From the IMG/VR virus record IMGVR_UViG_3300017991_000051, positions 64,001-128,000 of that record: a stretch of 64,000 bases of DNA. One strand, written 5' to 3'. Origin of the DNA: a virus. The notes beneath the pieces are model-generated. The model worked only from the letters and a program-made list of their open reading frames with translations, was not told the origin of the DNA and ran no database searches. A program made the translations under genes and the position numbers. Positions 53,770-62,497 of this stretch are shown piece after piece; the first letter of the stretch is position 1; each line of letters starts with the position of its first letter.

Positions 53770-56700
53770 CTACTTAACTTTTTCAACGATCAGCGACAGA
53801 TCAGTAAACTCCAACTGTCGTGCGCCGGCAAACGTATTGTATAATCGAATGTCAAGAACGTCACCATCTGCTAGGTCAACAATGCGTTGCCCAGAAATGC
53901 ACTGAGCCTCACCGGTATCAATAAACTGTCGCCCACCTATACGTCCGAGCTTCACACCGTCCTTATACGCATACACCTCGATGACGGTGGTCGCATCCGT
54001 ATCCAAGCTGCCCGACAGTGTCAACCTGTTCTGACCGGCGCTCGTAGCGCTCACAGTGATATTCGACGTGCTGACAGTATACCCGTCGGAGAAGCCCGCT
54101 GACAAGTTCGTTATGATGATCGTAGACGTCGCCCCAACGTTCTGCGTGCTCACGTACGTCGTACCCAGCTCACATATGTCGAAGACGTTGGTCAGCGTCT
54201 GGTAATTGACCGCCTGCTTGCCGCTCGACGCGTCCTCAACCTCCGTGGGGGACCCGACCAAGTAGAAGCCGTTGGTCATTCTCACGAGGAACTCTGAATC
54301 CTGCACCGATGTCATGAAGTTCCCGCCGTCGCCGTTCCAGTAGAAACCACGGTCGTGCTTGTTCAGAACCTCAACGCCCCTGCCGCCGACGAACACGTTA
54401 TCCCCGCGGTTGGTAAGTCCACGGCCAACCATGAACGACTCGGTACCGTTGTCGTAGATACGACTTCCGAACGCCGCGCTCCTGTCCGCCGTTCCGGTCA
54501 TAGTAATGGTATTTCCGCTCGCGAACGAGTCGGTGGCCTGCATTGAAATGGTATCACCACCGGCAGCACTGTTGTCACCACCGCTCGTGAACGTGACGAA
54601 GCGACCCCATATAACGTTCCGGCTGGAATCAACGCTCTGATTGGACCCAACCACAAGCCCCTGATTCGCACCGCTGTTCGCCGTGAGGGTGTTCCCAGCC
54701 ATCACCATCGCAAAGGCGCTCGCGTGTATGGAGCCGCCAGCCGACCGCAGCAGGATTACGCTGTTGGAGCTGGCGATATTGCCGCCGTCTAAGCACGATT
54801 GCAGGTTGCTGACCGACCCACCAGCGCTGGTAAGGAATCCTGCGTCGTTGTTGTAGGTCGACAGGTTGGTGGATGTCCCAGCCGTACCGACCACGATATA
54901 CGCATTGGTCTCGCCGTTTGTCGCAACCATGCTGATATTCGTACCATCGGACGTGATCCTCGAGCCGTCCGTGAACTCCAAGGACGAGGGCGCGATGTTG
55001 ATGATGCTCTTGCCCTTCACATCGATCACGTCGTTGCTCCACGAGAGCATGACCGTCGAGCCATCAGTATCACGCAACTCACGGTCCTCCCAGTCGATAG
55101 CAATCGCCGGCGTGGAGTCAGACAGATGACGGCTATCCCACTCAATCGATTCATTGAAGCTGTCATCGTACGCGGTGGTGAGGTTCCAATCCATGACGAT
55201 CGATGGGCCCGATACTTGGTAGAGGTACCGGTTGTTCCAGTCGAAAGAGGCAACGCCATTGGCGTCGAAGCTCTGCTGCTCATCCCAGTCCGTCACGATC
55301 GTCGTACCGTCCGCATCGTAACACTCGCGGTTCTGCCAATCGAGTGCGTCGTTGCCCGCTGTATCGTAGGCCACCTGCGTATCCCAATCCAGCACGATGG
55401 AGGTGCCGTCCGCATCCATTGCCTGCCGGTTCTGGTAATCGATTGCCGCATTCTCCGAGCTGTCAATAAGCTCACGCACTTCCCACCAGATCGAAGTATT
55501 GCCGGACGTATCGTAAGCGGCCGCATTGAACCAATCTACAATCTCGACCCCGACGCTGTCATACAGCTTCATCGCCTTCGGGTCCATCCGGTTGGTCAGG
55601 TTCAGCCCCTCGATGTAATAGGAGCCCTCTCCCACGTACACGTGCCGGAAGGGCCTGTCAACGGATCCCGCATCCAGCGTGTTGCTGGTTGCAGGTAGCA
55701 GATGTTTGTTGAGCTGTACGGCGCTGTTCGAATACGAGAACACCTTAGTTAAACCATCCTCGGCGTAGAACGTACGCTCATCCCATTCGAAACAGTTGAA
55801 GCCGCCTGCGTCATATGCCGTCCTGTTCGGCCAATCGATGGCCAAGTTGCCGGACGCATCGTTCAGGTAGCCATCATCCCACTCAACCATCTCGTTCGTG
55901 TAGCCGTCGAAGAGACCCATATTCTCGTAGTCGATGGTGTAACCGCCGGAGTCCTTGAATGCGCGCCGGTTGATGACGTGAATGCTGTAGTCCTCATCAT
56001 CGTCGTAGATGATTCCATTCTGCCAGTCGTAGGCCTTACCGACCGCGACCCCGAGACGGTAGAGTATCTTGTTTTCCCAGTCCAGTGACTGTTCGGTAAC
56101 GACGGATGTGTAAAGCTTCCGGTTGGACGCATCCACGTTCAGCGGCGTATCGAGAACGAAGTTGGTGCCGCCGACGGAGATGCTGCCGTTAGTAAGCCGT
56201 AGATCTGTGAAGACCTGGAAGAGATTATTCGACCACGCGAAGATCTTGGTTGTGCCGTTTTCCGCGTAACCTTCCCGGCCGTCCCAATTCAGCGACGTAT
56301 CTTGACCAGCGTCATTCAACGCCATGATATCCCAATCGAGGACAATGCTCCCGTTGTCATCCAGCAGGTTCTGCAAACCCCAGTCTATGATGGTGGTTGT
56401 CCCGTCCGTTTCGTACATCCTACGCAAGCCGTAATCGATGGACAGCGCAGGGGTAGTATCTGACAACTGCCTTTGTGACCAGTCCAAGGACACGTCCTGA
56501 TCCCCGTCGTTCAGGACCATCGTAAGCCAGTCAAGCACGATGTCACCGCCAGCATCAAACGCGGTTCCAAGGTTCCAGTCCAACGTGGCGACGCCGCCCG
56601 CCGTATATAACGTCATCGCCTTCGGATCCATCCGGTTCGTCAGGTTCAGGCCTTCGATGTAATAGGAACCGGGCCCAACATACACGTGCTTCACTGGGTT

Positions 56701-58104
56701 ATCGATGGAGCCGATGTTCACGACGTTACTGGCCCACGGGATCAGGTTGGAGTGCAGTGTGATCGACGTATCGTTCGTCCACGACAGCATCGGAGCCCCG
56801 TTGGTCCCGATCAGCGTCTTGTTCGGTAGATCCAGCCCCTCGACGTACAGCACGCGATAAATAGAGTTGGAGTCCGCATAAGTAACCTGCAGGTCCGGGT
56901 CCACGCGTCGCGGGTTGTACATGGAATACCCGACATCCATGGTACAGCTTGCTTGGAAGCCGGTGATGACACCCGTTATCTCACAATCCCTTATCACGAG
57001 ATCGCTGTTAATATTCTCCGGGATGGCGAGGCCTAAGATATGGCCGTTCAGCGTGCACTCGATCAACGTCAGGGACCCGTTATCAGATAGTGAGAAACAG
57101 TCAGTCGCTCCGTTGATCGTCATGTACGCAAAGGTGTTCGTATAGTTGATTGTCAACTCGGCCGGCGCCGGGAGGTTGACAGTTGTCGCATCCCGACCGG
57201 CGCCTACGACGGTCACGTCAGCACCGATGGAAGGCGTAAGTGTTCCGTATATGCCAGGCCCGACGGCCACAATATCGTTGGCTACAGCCGCGTTCAGAGC
57301 GCTGGTGAGGTTAGTTCCATACCCAGCCTTGAAGTCGCCAGTATGGGCATAGATCTTGATGCCGTGAGCGTTGTTGGTGATGAGAGACATAATGCTCTCG
57401 CCGCCGAGAAAGAGGTTGTTGAAGTAACCGGCGTTGAACGGCCGGTCACGGCGCCCGACGCTGAGCGTATTGCTCGTAGCGGGGAAGAAGTTCATCCCCG
57501 TCAGGAAGACACCGGACGTCGATATCGTCATGTACTCCGAAACGTTCGCATTGAACAGGCGTATCTCGCTGTCGACATTCGTACTCGTACCCAAGTACAG
57601 GTCGCCGTGGTCCGTATGATCAGCAGAGTACAGGAATATATATGCTCCCGCGTTCTGTGCCGCACCCACCGGCGGAAACTTGAGATCGAGGCGGCCACCC
57701 ACCGGACCCCATATGACGCTGTCCGCGTCCGTGAAGTACAGTTCATTAACGTTGGTGATGCCCTGTGAGTTAATGTCAACGGGCGCAAGTGCCGGATAGA
57801 AAGCCCACTGGGCAACAGCGTTCGTCAAACCGTTGGTAACGGACTGCCAGTTGGCAGCGTCGGTCGGGTTCACCGGATCGCCAAGGTTGAGGATCCGGAA
57901 GTTGGCCATATTCACGTTCTGGATCGCCGGCTTCGTCGACCATTCGGTGGCCACGCCGCCGGCCTTGACCTTGTTGAAGTTCCGATTGAGTTTGTTCCGA
58001 ACCTGCGTCATCGTATCATTCGGACGGATCGGTTCGAAATTGACCGCCCATACGGCGGTGGCCAACAGGGCGGCAATGGCAGCAACACTGATAAACTTCT
58101 TCAT
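53770..58104 (-). CDS. exported fibre/adhesin-like protein (1444 aa)
   Basis: Signal peptide MKKFISVAAIAALLATAVWA; DPVNPTDAAN and KQAVNYQTL neck motifs; pectin-lyase-like segment; DW repeats; C1q/TNF-like C-terminus. Confidence 0.8.
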   Translation of the reverse strand: MKKFISVAAIAALLATAVWAVNFEPIRPNDTMTQVRNKLNRNFNKVKAGGVATEWSTKPAIQNVNMANFRILNLGDPVNPTDAANWQSVTNGLTNAVAQWAFYPALAPVDINSQGITNVNELYFTDADSVIWGPVGGRLDLKFPPVGAAQNAGAYIFLYSADHTDHGDLYLGTSTNVDSEIRLFNANVSEYMTISTSGVFLTGMNFFPATSNTLSVGRRDRPFNAGYFNNLFLGGESIMSLITNNAHGIKIYAHTGDFKAGYGTNLTSALNAAVANDIVAVGPGIYGTLTPSIGADVTVVGAGRDATTVNLPAPAELTINYTNTFAYMTINGATDCFSLSDNGSLTLIECTLNGHILGLAIPENINSDLVIRDCEITGVITGFQASCTMDVGYSMYNPRRVDPDLQVTYADSNSIYRVLYVEGLDLPNKTLIGTNGAPMLSWTNDTSITLHSNLIPWASNVVNIGSIDNPVKHVYVGPGSYYIEGLNLTNRMDPKAMTLYTAGGVATLDWNLGTAFDAGGDIVLDWLTMVLNDGDQDVSLDWSQRQLSDTTPALSIDYGLRRMYETDGTTTIIDWGLQNLLDDNGSIVLDWDIMALNDAGQDTSLNWDGREGYAENGTTKIFAWSNNLFQVFTDLRLTNGSISVGGTNFVLDTPLNVDASNRKLYTSVVTEQSLDWENKILYRLGVAVGKAYDWQNGIIYDDDEDYSIHVINRRAFKDSGGYTIDYENMGLFDGYTNEMVEWDDGYLNDASGNLAIDWPNRTAYDAGGFNCFEWDERTFYAEDGLTKVFSYSNSAVQLNKHLLPATSNTLDAGSVDRPFRHVYVGEGSYYIEGLNLTNRMDPKAMKLYDSVGVEIVDWFNAAAYDTSGNTSIWWEVRELIDSSENAAIDYQNRQAMDADGTSIVLDWDTQVAYDTAGNDALDWQNRECYDADGTTIVTDWDEQQSFDANGVASFDWNNRYLYQVSGPSIVMDWNLTTAYDDSFNESIEWDSRHLSDSTPAIAIDWEDRELRDTDGSTVMLSWSNDVIDVKGKSIINIAPSSLEFTDGSRITSDGTNISMVATNGETNAYIVVGTAGTSTNLSTYNNDAGFLTSAGGSVSNLQSCLDGGNIASSNSVILLRSAGGSIHASAFAMVMAGNTLTANSGANQGLVVGSNQSVDSSRNVIWGRFVTFTSGGDNSAAGGDTISMQATDSFASGNTITMTGTADRSAAFGSRIYDNGTESFMVGRGLTNRGDNVFVGGRGVEVLNKHDRGFYWNGDGGNFMTSVQDSEFLVRMTNGFYLVGSPTEVEDASSGKQAVNYQTLTNVFDICELGTTYVSTQNVGATSTIIITNLSAGFSDGYTVSTSNITVSATSAGQNRLTLSGSLDTDATTVIEVYAYKDGVKLGRIGGRQFIDTGEAQCISGQRIVDLADGDVLDIRLYNTFAGARQLEFTDLSLIVEKVK
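55570..56689. repeat. ~76-bp intragenic duplication (55570-55645 and 56614-56689)
   Basis: Both copies encode HVYVGxGSYYIEGLNLTNRMDPKAM, differing mostly at synonymous sites. Confidence 0.85.
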
Positions 58105-58116
58105 TCCTATCTCCCC

Positions 58117-58932
58117 CTAGCTGGAGCTTGATTCATGATCTTCAGGTCTCTCTAAACTGTACACTATATCCGTTGTAGGAGCAAGCCTCAGTTCCACGGG
58201 ATCGAAGATGAACGGGATGTCCCGGAAGTTGATTTCCTTCACCCGCTGCACGATGTACCGCTGATCCGAATCATACTTGATCCACACGTCCCCCGTGTCC
58301 AGCCAAGGACAGTTCAAGGCCCTCACAGGCCGCACACGGTCCTCGATGACCCCCTGACCCTCCGGCTGCGTCGTCGTCCGCCTGTTGACCCCCTGCGTGC
58401 TGTCAGCGACCCAGTAAACGAGGGGATCGAAGTAGCCGGCGACGAAGCCGGTGCCGAAGCAGTCCGGGCAGTGCGCGTTCTTCACCTCGCCGGTATCGTA
58501 GTCGAGGCAGGTGGGACATTGTGTACCCCACCGCTTCCTCTTATAGAGGTAGCCGCACATACCGGCGTACTTCTGAAGCCGGAGGGTCTCCTTCCGGATG
58601 ATCTCACGGTAGATGGGTAGGTCATGGTCCGACAAGTTGCCGACCATCTGCTTGTCCTCCGAATCGTAATTCACGCCATCGGCGGTCATACGTATCCGGT
58701 AGTACAGCCGCGGTGCCTTCCCGTACAGACGCCAGTTGGGGTCCTCAGCGATGTACTGGTCGGTTACCGTCGTAACGGTCTCCCAGGCACCGGCTGTGGT
58801 GCGGGAGACCATTACGCGGAAGGTGAGAGGACCTGTCGATCTGAACATGGGATGGAGATCCCATGCCAACAGCGCGCCGCCACGCATGCGGTAGTATACT
58901 TCAAACCTATTGAATACAGGAATGTCTGCCAT
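58117..58932 (-). CDS. putative neck/head-closure protein with zinc finger
   Basis: CPTC...CPDCFGTGFVAGY; position after the head genes; ends ESSSS. Confidence 0.65.
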   Translation of the reverse strand: MADIPVFNRFEVYYRMRGGALLAWDLHPMFRSTGPLTFRVMVSRTTAGAWETVTTVTDQYIAEDPNWRLYGKAPRLYYRIRMTADGVNYDSEDKQMVGNLSDHDLPIYREIIRKETLRLQKYAGMCGYLYKRKRWGTQCPTCLDYDTGEVKNAHCPDCFGTGFVAGYFDPLVYWVADSTQGVNRRTTTQPEGQGVIEDRVRPVRALNCPWLDTGDVWIKYDSDQRYIVQRVKEINFRDIPFIFDPVELRLAPTTDIVYSLERPEDHESSSS

Positions 58933-58945
58933 CGTACCCGCCCGT

Positions 58946-58971
58946 AAATTGTGTAGCACGCTACACGGTTC
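58946..58971 (-). promoter_or_regulatory. quasi-palindromic motif copy 4 (degenerate)
   Basis: AAATTGTGTA-N6-TACACGGTTC. Confidence 0.4.
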
Positions 58972-58976
58972 GTCGC

Positions 58977-59873
58977 TTACCAGCGCGTCGAGTACGTGTA
59001 GCCGGAGCCCATTGTACCAAAACCGCCCTCGATGTTCATCTCGATTTTGCGCTCCTTCACGAACTGGCGCCAGTCGGCCAGCAACTGATTCGCCAGCTCA
59101 ACGTATATCTTCGCCTTGTCCCTGTCACTGACCGTTACTCCGCCCGCCACGTAGTTCAGGTGATCCCGGGCGTACCCGCGCGCCGCGATCTCCATGAGGT
59201 AGCCGGCGGTTGCCCGCAGCCAGTGAAAACGCCATGGGAATGTTCTCGGCGAGTACGTCGTCTTCGGTTGGTACTTCTCATTGAACTCGTCAATAGGAAG
59301 CCGCATACACGCCACGATCTGAGAGTCGTTGAATTCGAAATCGTCCAGCAGGAAGTTCTGCTCTGGGCACGAATCGCGCAGGATGAGCCGCACCTCCGGA
59401 ATCGTGATCGGGCCCGTGGAGGTCACGTTGAGCGACGGGTTGAACACTGCCCAGTACGGCGTATTCCATATCAGATCATCAGCTGCGTTGAATACCTGTA
59501 CCTGCGCAACGAAGATGCCGGCGAAACGGGTCTGCGTCGGCGTCAGCTTGGCTAGAACGATACCCTGCGCCGCGTCGGTAATCTCGCAGGTAACGTTGAA
59601 GATGGGGAGGGAGCTGACCTCGCGGTCCTTGATAATGAACTTGACCGTAAAGGAGCCGGTGGAAAGATCCACAGCGGCTCCATTACGATCCATCACGTAG
59701 AGCTTGAAATTGGTCTTCTGACATTGGTATGTCTGAACAACGGGCCGATCGCCGAAACACTTGCTCCGGCCCATGTCGACGGTTTCGTGCGCAAGGTCAT
59801 CGGACCCGCGGTTACCCGCAAACTGATCCTGGCTCCCTGTTGGGGATATCGATCCCTGATCGCATGCCGTCAT
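58977..59873 (-). CDS. putative head-tail adaptor (neck) with BppU-like N-terminal domain
   Basis: AVDLS...ITDAAQGIVLAKLTPTQT Ig/BppU-like domain; IPEVRLILRD...LNYVAGGVTVSD adaptor-like C-domain. Confidence 0.65.
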   Translation of the reverse strand: MTACDQGSISPTGSQDQFAGNRGSDDLAHETVDMGRSKCFGDRPVVQTYQCQKTNFKLYVMDRNGAAVDLSTGSFTVKFIIKDREVSSLPIFNVTCEITDAAQGIVLAKLTPTQTRFAGIFVAQVQVFNAADDLIWNTPYWAVFNPSLNVTSTGPITIPEVRLILRDSCPEQNFLLDDFEFNDSQIVACMRLPIDEFNEKYQPKTTYSPRTFPWRFHWLRATAGYLMEIAARGYARDHLNYVAGGVTVSDRDKAKIYVELANQLLADWRQFVKERKIEMNIEGGFGTMGSGYTYSTRW

Positions 59874-59897
59874 GATTCATAACCCCGTGACACGACC

Positions 59898-60431
59898 CTA
59901 AACGGTGTGCTCCTCGAGTATGTCAATCTGCCCGCCGTTGATGAAGTTGACCGTGACCTTGTACTTGGTGTTAGGAATGTTTCGCAGGGTGATCAACGTA
60001 TCAGTCAAAACACTCTGTTCGTGCATCAGGCACCAGCGACCATCGATCTCGGTCGTATCCAGCGGACCGCCCCACGCCCATACGCGGATATCCGCATGGC
60101 ACCGCTCATCCATTTCGCCCAGCAAACCGTCAACCAGTCCCTGGAAGGATGCCGCGCAAACGCCGGGATCGCCGGCGTCCTCAGGCGGTGTGTAGTAGAC
60201 ATACAGTTCAAGGTGCCCGTTATACGCCCGGGCAGCAACCTCATGCTTCGGAGTATCACCGGAGATCGCGGTCATCTGCTCGGAGTAGTGTAACTTCGAG
60301 CTGTCGATGTCCAACCTGATCTCGGGGATGCTACCAGCATCCGGGGTTGCATCCGCGGCCACAAGGCCCTGCCGATAAACGACCCGCTCGGTCAGGTAGG
60401 TCATGTCAAAAGTTGTGTTCCTACCAGCCAC
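59898..60431 (-). CDS. hypothetical virion protein
   Basis: GGAGGT SD with GTG start. Confidence 0.65.
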   Translation of the reverse strand: MAGRNTTFDMTYLTERVVYRQGLVAADATPDAGSIPEIRLDIDSSKLHYSEQMTAISGDTPKHEVAARAYNGHLELYVYYTPPEDAGDPGVCAASFQGLVDGLLGEMDERCHADIRVWAWGGPLDTTEIDGRWCLMHEQSVLTDTLITLRNIPNTKYKVTVNFINGGQIDILEEHTV

Positions 60432-60457
60432 AAAACACCTCCGAATCGGTTCCTACC

Positions 60458-60775
60458 TTACTGAGCAAACACGCCAGCGACCTCAGGATCCTGCAGCAAC
60501 GCGGCTACCTGATCCTGTGTGCCAAACGTCATACTCTCCAAGCTGGCAGCTGCAGCCTTGACGAGGTCGGCTTGCGAACCCGCTTCGGGAGCTGCTTCAT
60601 TGGACTGATGCATCCGCGTCATGACGGCAATCTTCAGGAGGTCCTGAAGTTCGTCTTCACTCTGCACCTGCACGCCCAGCTCGGCCAGTTTGCTCATGAA
60701 AGCAGGCAGATACACCTTCTCGGTGATCACAGCAAGTTTCTGTTCCATCGCCTTGTTGGTATCTTCCGCTGACAT
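60458..60775 (-). CDS. hypothetical head-associated protein (105 aa)
   Basis: GAGGAG SD before ATG 60775. Confidence 0.7.
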   Translation of the reverse strand: MSAEDTNKAMEQKLAVITEKVYLPAFMSKLAELGVQVQSEDELQDLLKIAVMTRMHQSNEAAPEAGSQADLVKAAAASLESMTFGTQDQVAALLQDPEVAGVFAQ

Positions 60776-60800
60776 GTTGATTTCTCCTCTCTTATGGTCG

Positions 60801-60847
60801 AAAACCCACCGGGCGCCCGGCTCGGACGAGCCGGACACCCAAGGGCT
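60801..60847 (-). terminator. intrinsic terminator after the major capsid gene
   Basis: GGGTGTCCGGCTC/GAGCCGGGCGCCC stem followed by GGTGGGTTTT. Confidence 0.7.
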
Positions 60848-60879
60848 GTGTTCAATTCCGTTTCACGGATGGCACTGAC

Positions 60880-61848
60880 TTAGTAGCGCCACACGTCGAG
60901 ATCCTCGACCGTACCCGTGAAGTCGGCACGCGCCACGCCGGCGACGTTACCGATTGCACTACCCAGCTCTTCGTAAGCGAAGAAGTTGAGCATGTAGGCC
61001 TTTTTCTCGATGTGCATGGTCGTGTCCTCGAGGATGAAGAACTTCCCGAGGAACTTCGGTTCCGCGAACATGTACATGCTGCCGTCACCCACCAGATCGC
61101 GCTTGATCGTGATGATCCAGCGGACGGCGAGGAAGGTGCGTTCCGCAAAGCCGTTTCGGACGATTTCCTCGGAGAGGTCACCACCGACTTCGTCACGGCC
61201 CCACTTCTGCAGGTCCTTCACGAACACGTTGTTGATCAGGGCCGTCGAGACTTCGAGATGGCTCGGGGTCTGAGGCATGATCTTCAGCGCGTCGTTGACT
61301 GTTTCACGGGTCACGCCACCACCGAACGTGCGCCACTGGATGGTGCCCGTCTCGGGAACGACCTGATTCAGGCCCACGAGGGCCGCGATGCAGGCGCGGA
61401 TGGCTTTGCCGTCTTCTTCTGCCAGCATATCCTTGATCGCGTTGTCGGACAGGACCTGACGAATGTCCATGTCCCATGTACGCAGCCGGCCCACGTCGGT
61501 CGTGAAGTTCGGCGTAACAATACGGTCGAACATAACACGGTACCGGGGACCTTGGATGTACCGGTTCATCGGAAGGGTGGCGTACGGAATGCTGATAGCC
61601 GCCGGGCTGTCAGGTTCCTTATCCACGACCTTCACGTTCTTCTCCGTGTCGACCTGGCGATCCAGCTCATCATTGCTGATGGGCACCGGAGGAAGAATTT
61701 TGCGCCAGAAACCGTCTTCACGCATCTTCACGCGGGTGAAGTCGTTGACGGCCTGTTGGGCGTCCTTCTGAAGGGCACTGTCATCCGACGTGATCTTCTC
61801 GAAGAAAGCCTGGTTGATTGCCTTGGTTGAGTATTCTTGCTCACTCAT
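60880..61848 (-). CDS. major capsid protein (HK97 fold, 322 aa)
   Basis: GAGGT SD; REDGFWRKILPP, IKDMLAEEDGK, FAEPKFLGK, FFAYEELG; follows the scaffold and decoration genes; followed by a terminator. Confidence 0.8.
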   Translation of the reverse strand: MSEQEYSTKAINQAFFEKITSDDSALQKDAQQAVNDFTRVKMREDGFWRKILPPVPISNDELDRQVDTEKNVKVVDKEPDSPAAISIPYATLPMNRYIQGPRYRVMFDRIVTPNFTTDVGRLRTWDMDIRQVLSDNAIKDMLAEEDGKAIRACIAALVGLNQVVPETGTIQWRTFGGGVTRETVNDALKIMPQTPSHLEVSTALINNVFVKDLQKWGRDEVGGDLSEEIVRNGFAERTFLAVRWIITIKRDLVGDGSMYMFAEPKFLGKFFILEDTTMHIEKKAYMLNFFAYEELGSAIGNVAGVARADFTGTVEDLDVWRY

Positions 61849-61884
61849 GACTTTACCTCTTGTTGGTTGTTCACAACCTTGTTT

Positions 61885-61915
61885 GGTTCCAGCGGCCATT
61901 ACGACCGCCGGAACC
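61885..61915 (-). other. strong RNA hairpin in the capsid 5' leader
   Basis: GGTTCCGGCGGTC/GGCCGCTGGAACC with G-U pairs on the minus strand. Confidence 0.55.
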
Positions 61916-61934
61916 GGCACGTTATTGGCCACAA

Positions 61935-62465
61935 TTAGTCACTGCTTACCGGAGGGCACTCCAGTGGCGGCAGCCACACGGGCCAGAACCGAATCACTGT
62001 ACGCTGGAATTCGTTCGTCAGAACACCGTCACTGACAACACCGCAAATGGTGTCCGTGTAGGCGGTCCCCGGCTTGATGACGCCGGCGTCGGCTGCGCCA
62101 GGGGCGCCCGCTGTCAGCGTATCGTTCGGGTTGTAGTTCTGATCCGAGTCGTATTCCGTCGACTCGACCTCGAGGCCGGATACTGCGACCAGACCGGACA
62201 TACGAGGGATTCCGCTGCCACTGCCGACGAGGTTGTAGTCGTCACCGACCACATCGTAATTCGTGCTGGTGTTCAGCAGGAAGATCGGCATTGCAGCACA
62301 TTCCAAACCGAGCTGGAAGTTGCCGTTGGAGTCCAGCGACACGACCTGACCGCGGTATGCGGTGTCGTCGCCACTGTAGTCCGCGTGCTTGTCCACAGCG
62401 TACGGGCTTGGCCAACCCTTGACAGGATTGAGTTCGTGATCGTACATTTGTGCAGGTGTACTCAT
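61935..62465 (-). CDS. putative capsid decoration/cement protein
   Basis: 176 aa immediately upstream of the capsid gene; YNPNDTLTAG...ICGVVS beta-tulip-like pattern. Confidence 0.6.
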   Translation of the reverse strand: MSTPAQMYDHELNPVKGWPSPYAVDKHADYSGDDTAYRGQVVSLDSNGNFQLGLECAAMPIFLLNTSTNYDVVGDDYNLVGSGSGIPRMSGLVAVSGLEVESTEYDSDQNYNPNDTLTAGAPGAADAGVIKPGTAYTDTICGVVSDGVLTNEFQRTVIRFWPVWLPPLECPPVSSD

Positions 62466-62497
62466 TTCCCTACTCCTTTGTGTTGTACCTTTCGCCG

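Noticed and set aside
55570-56689. Diversity-generating retroelement template/variable repeat pair
   Set aside because: Both copies are in frame in one gene, the differences are not adenine-specific, and there is no reverse transcriptase in the window
49831-58104. Host trimeric autotransporter adhesins (bacterial island)
   Set aside because: No C-terminal beta-barrel anchor with a terminal aromatic residue; the genes are co-oriented and tightly packed with the phage neck genes
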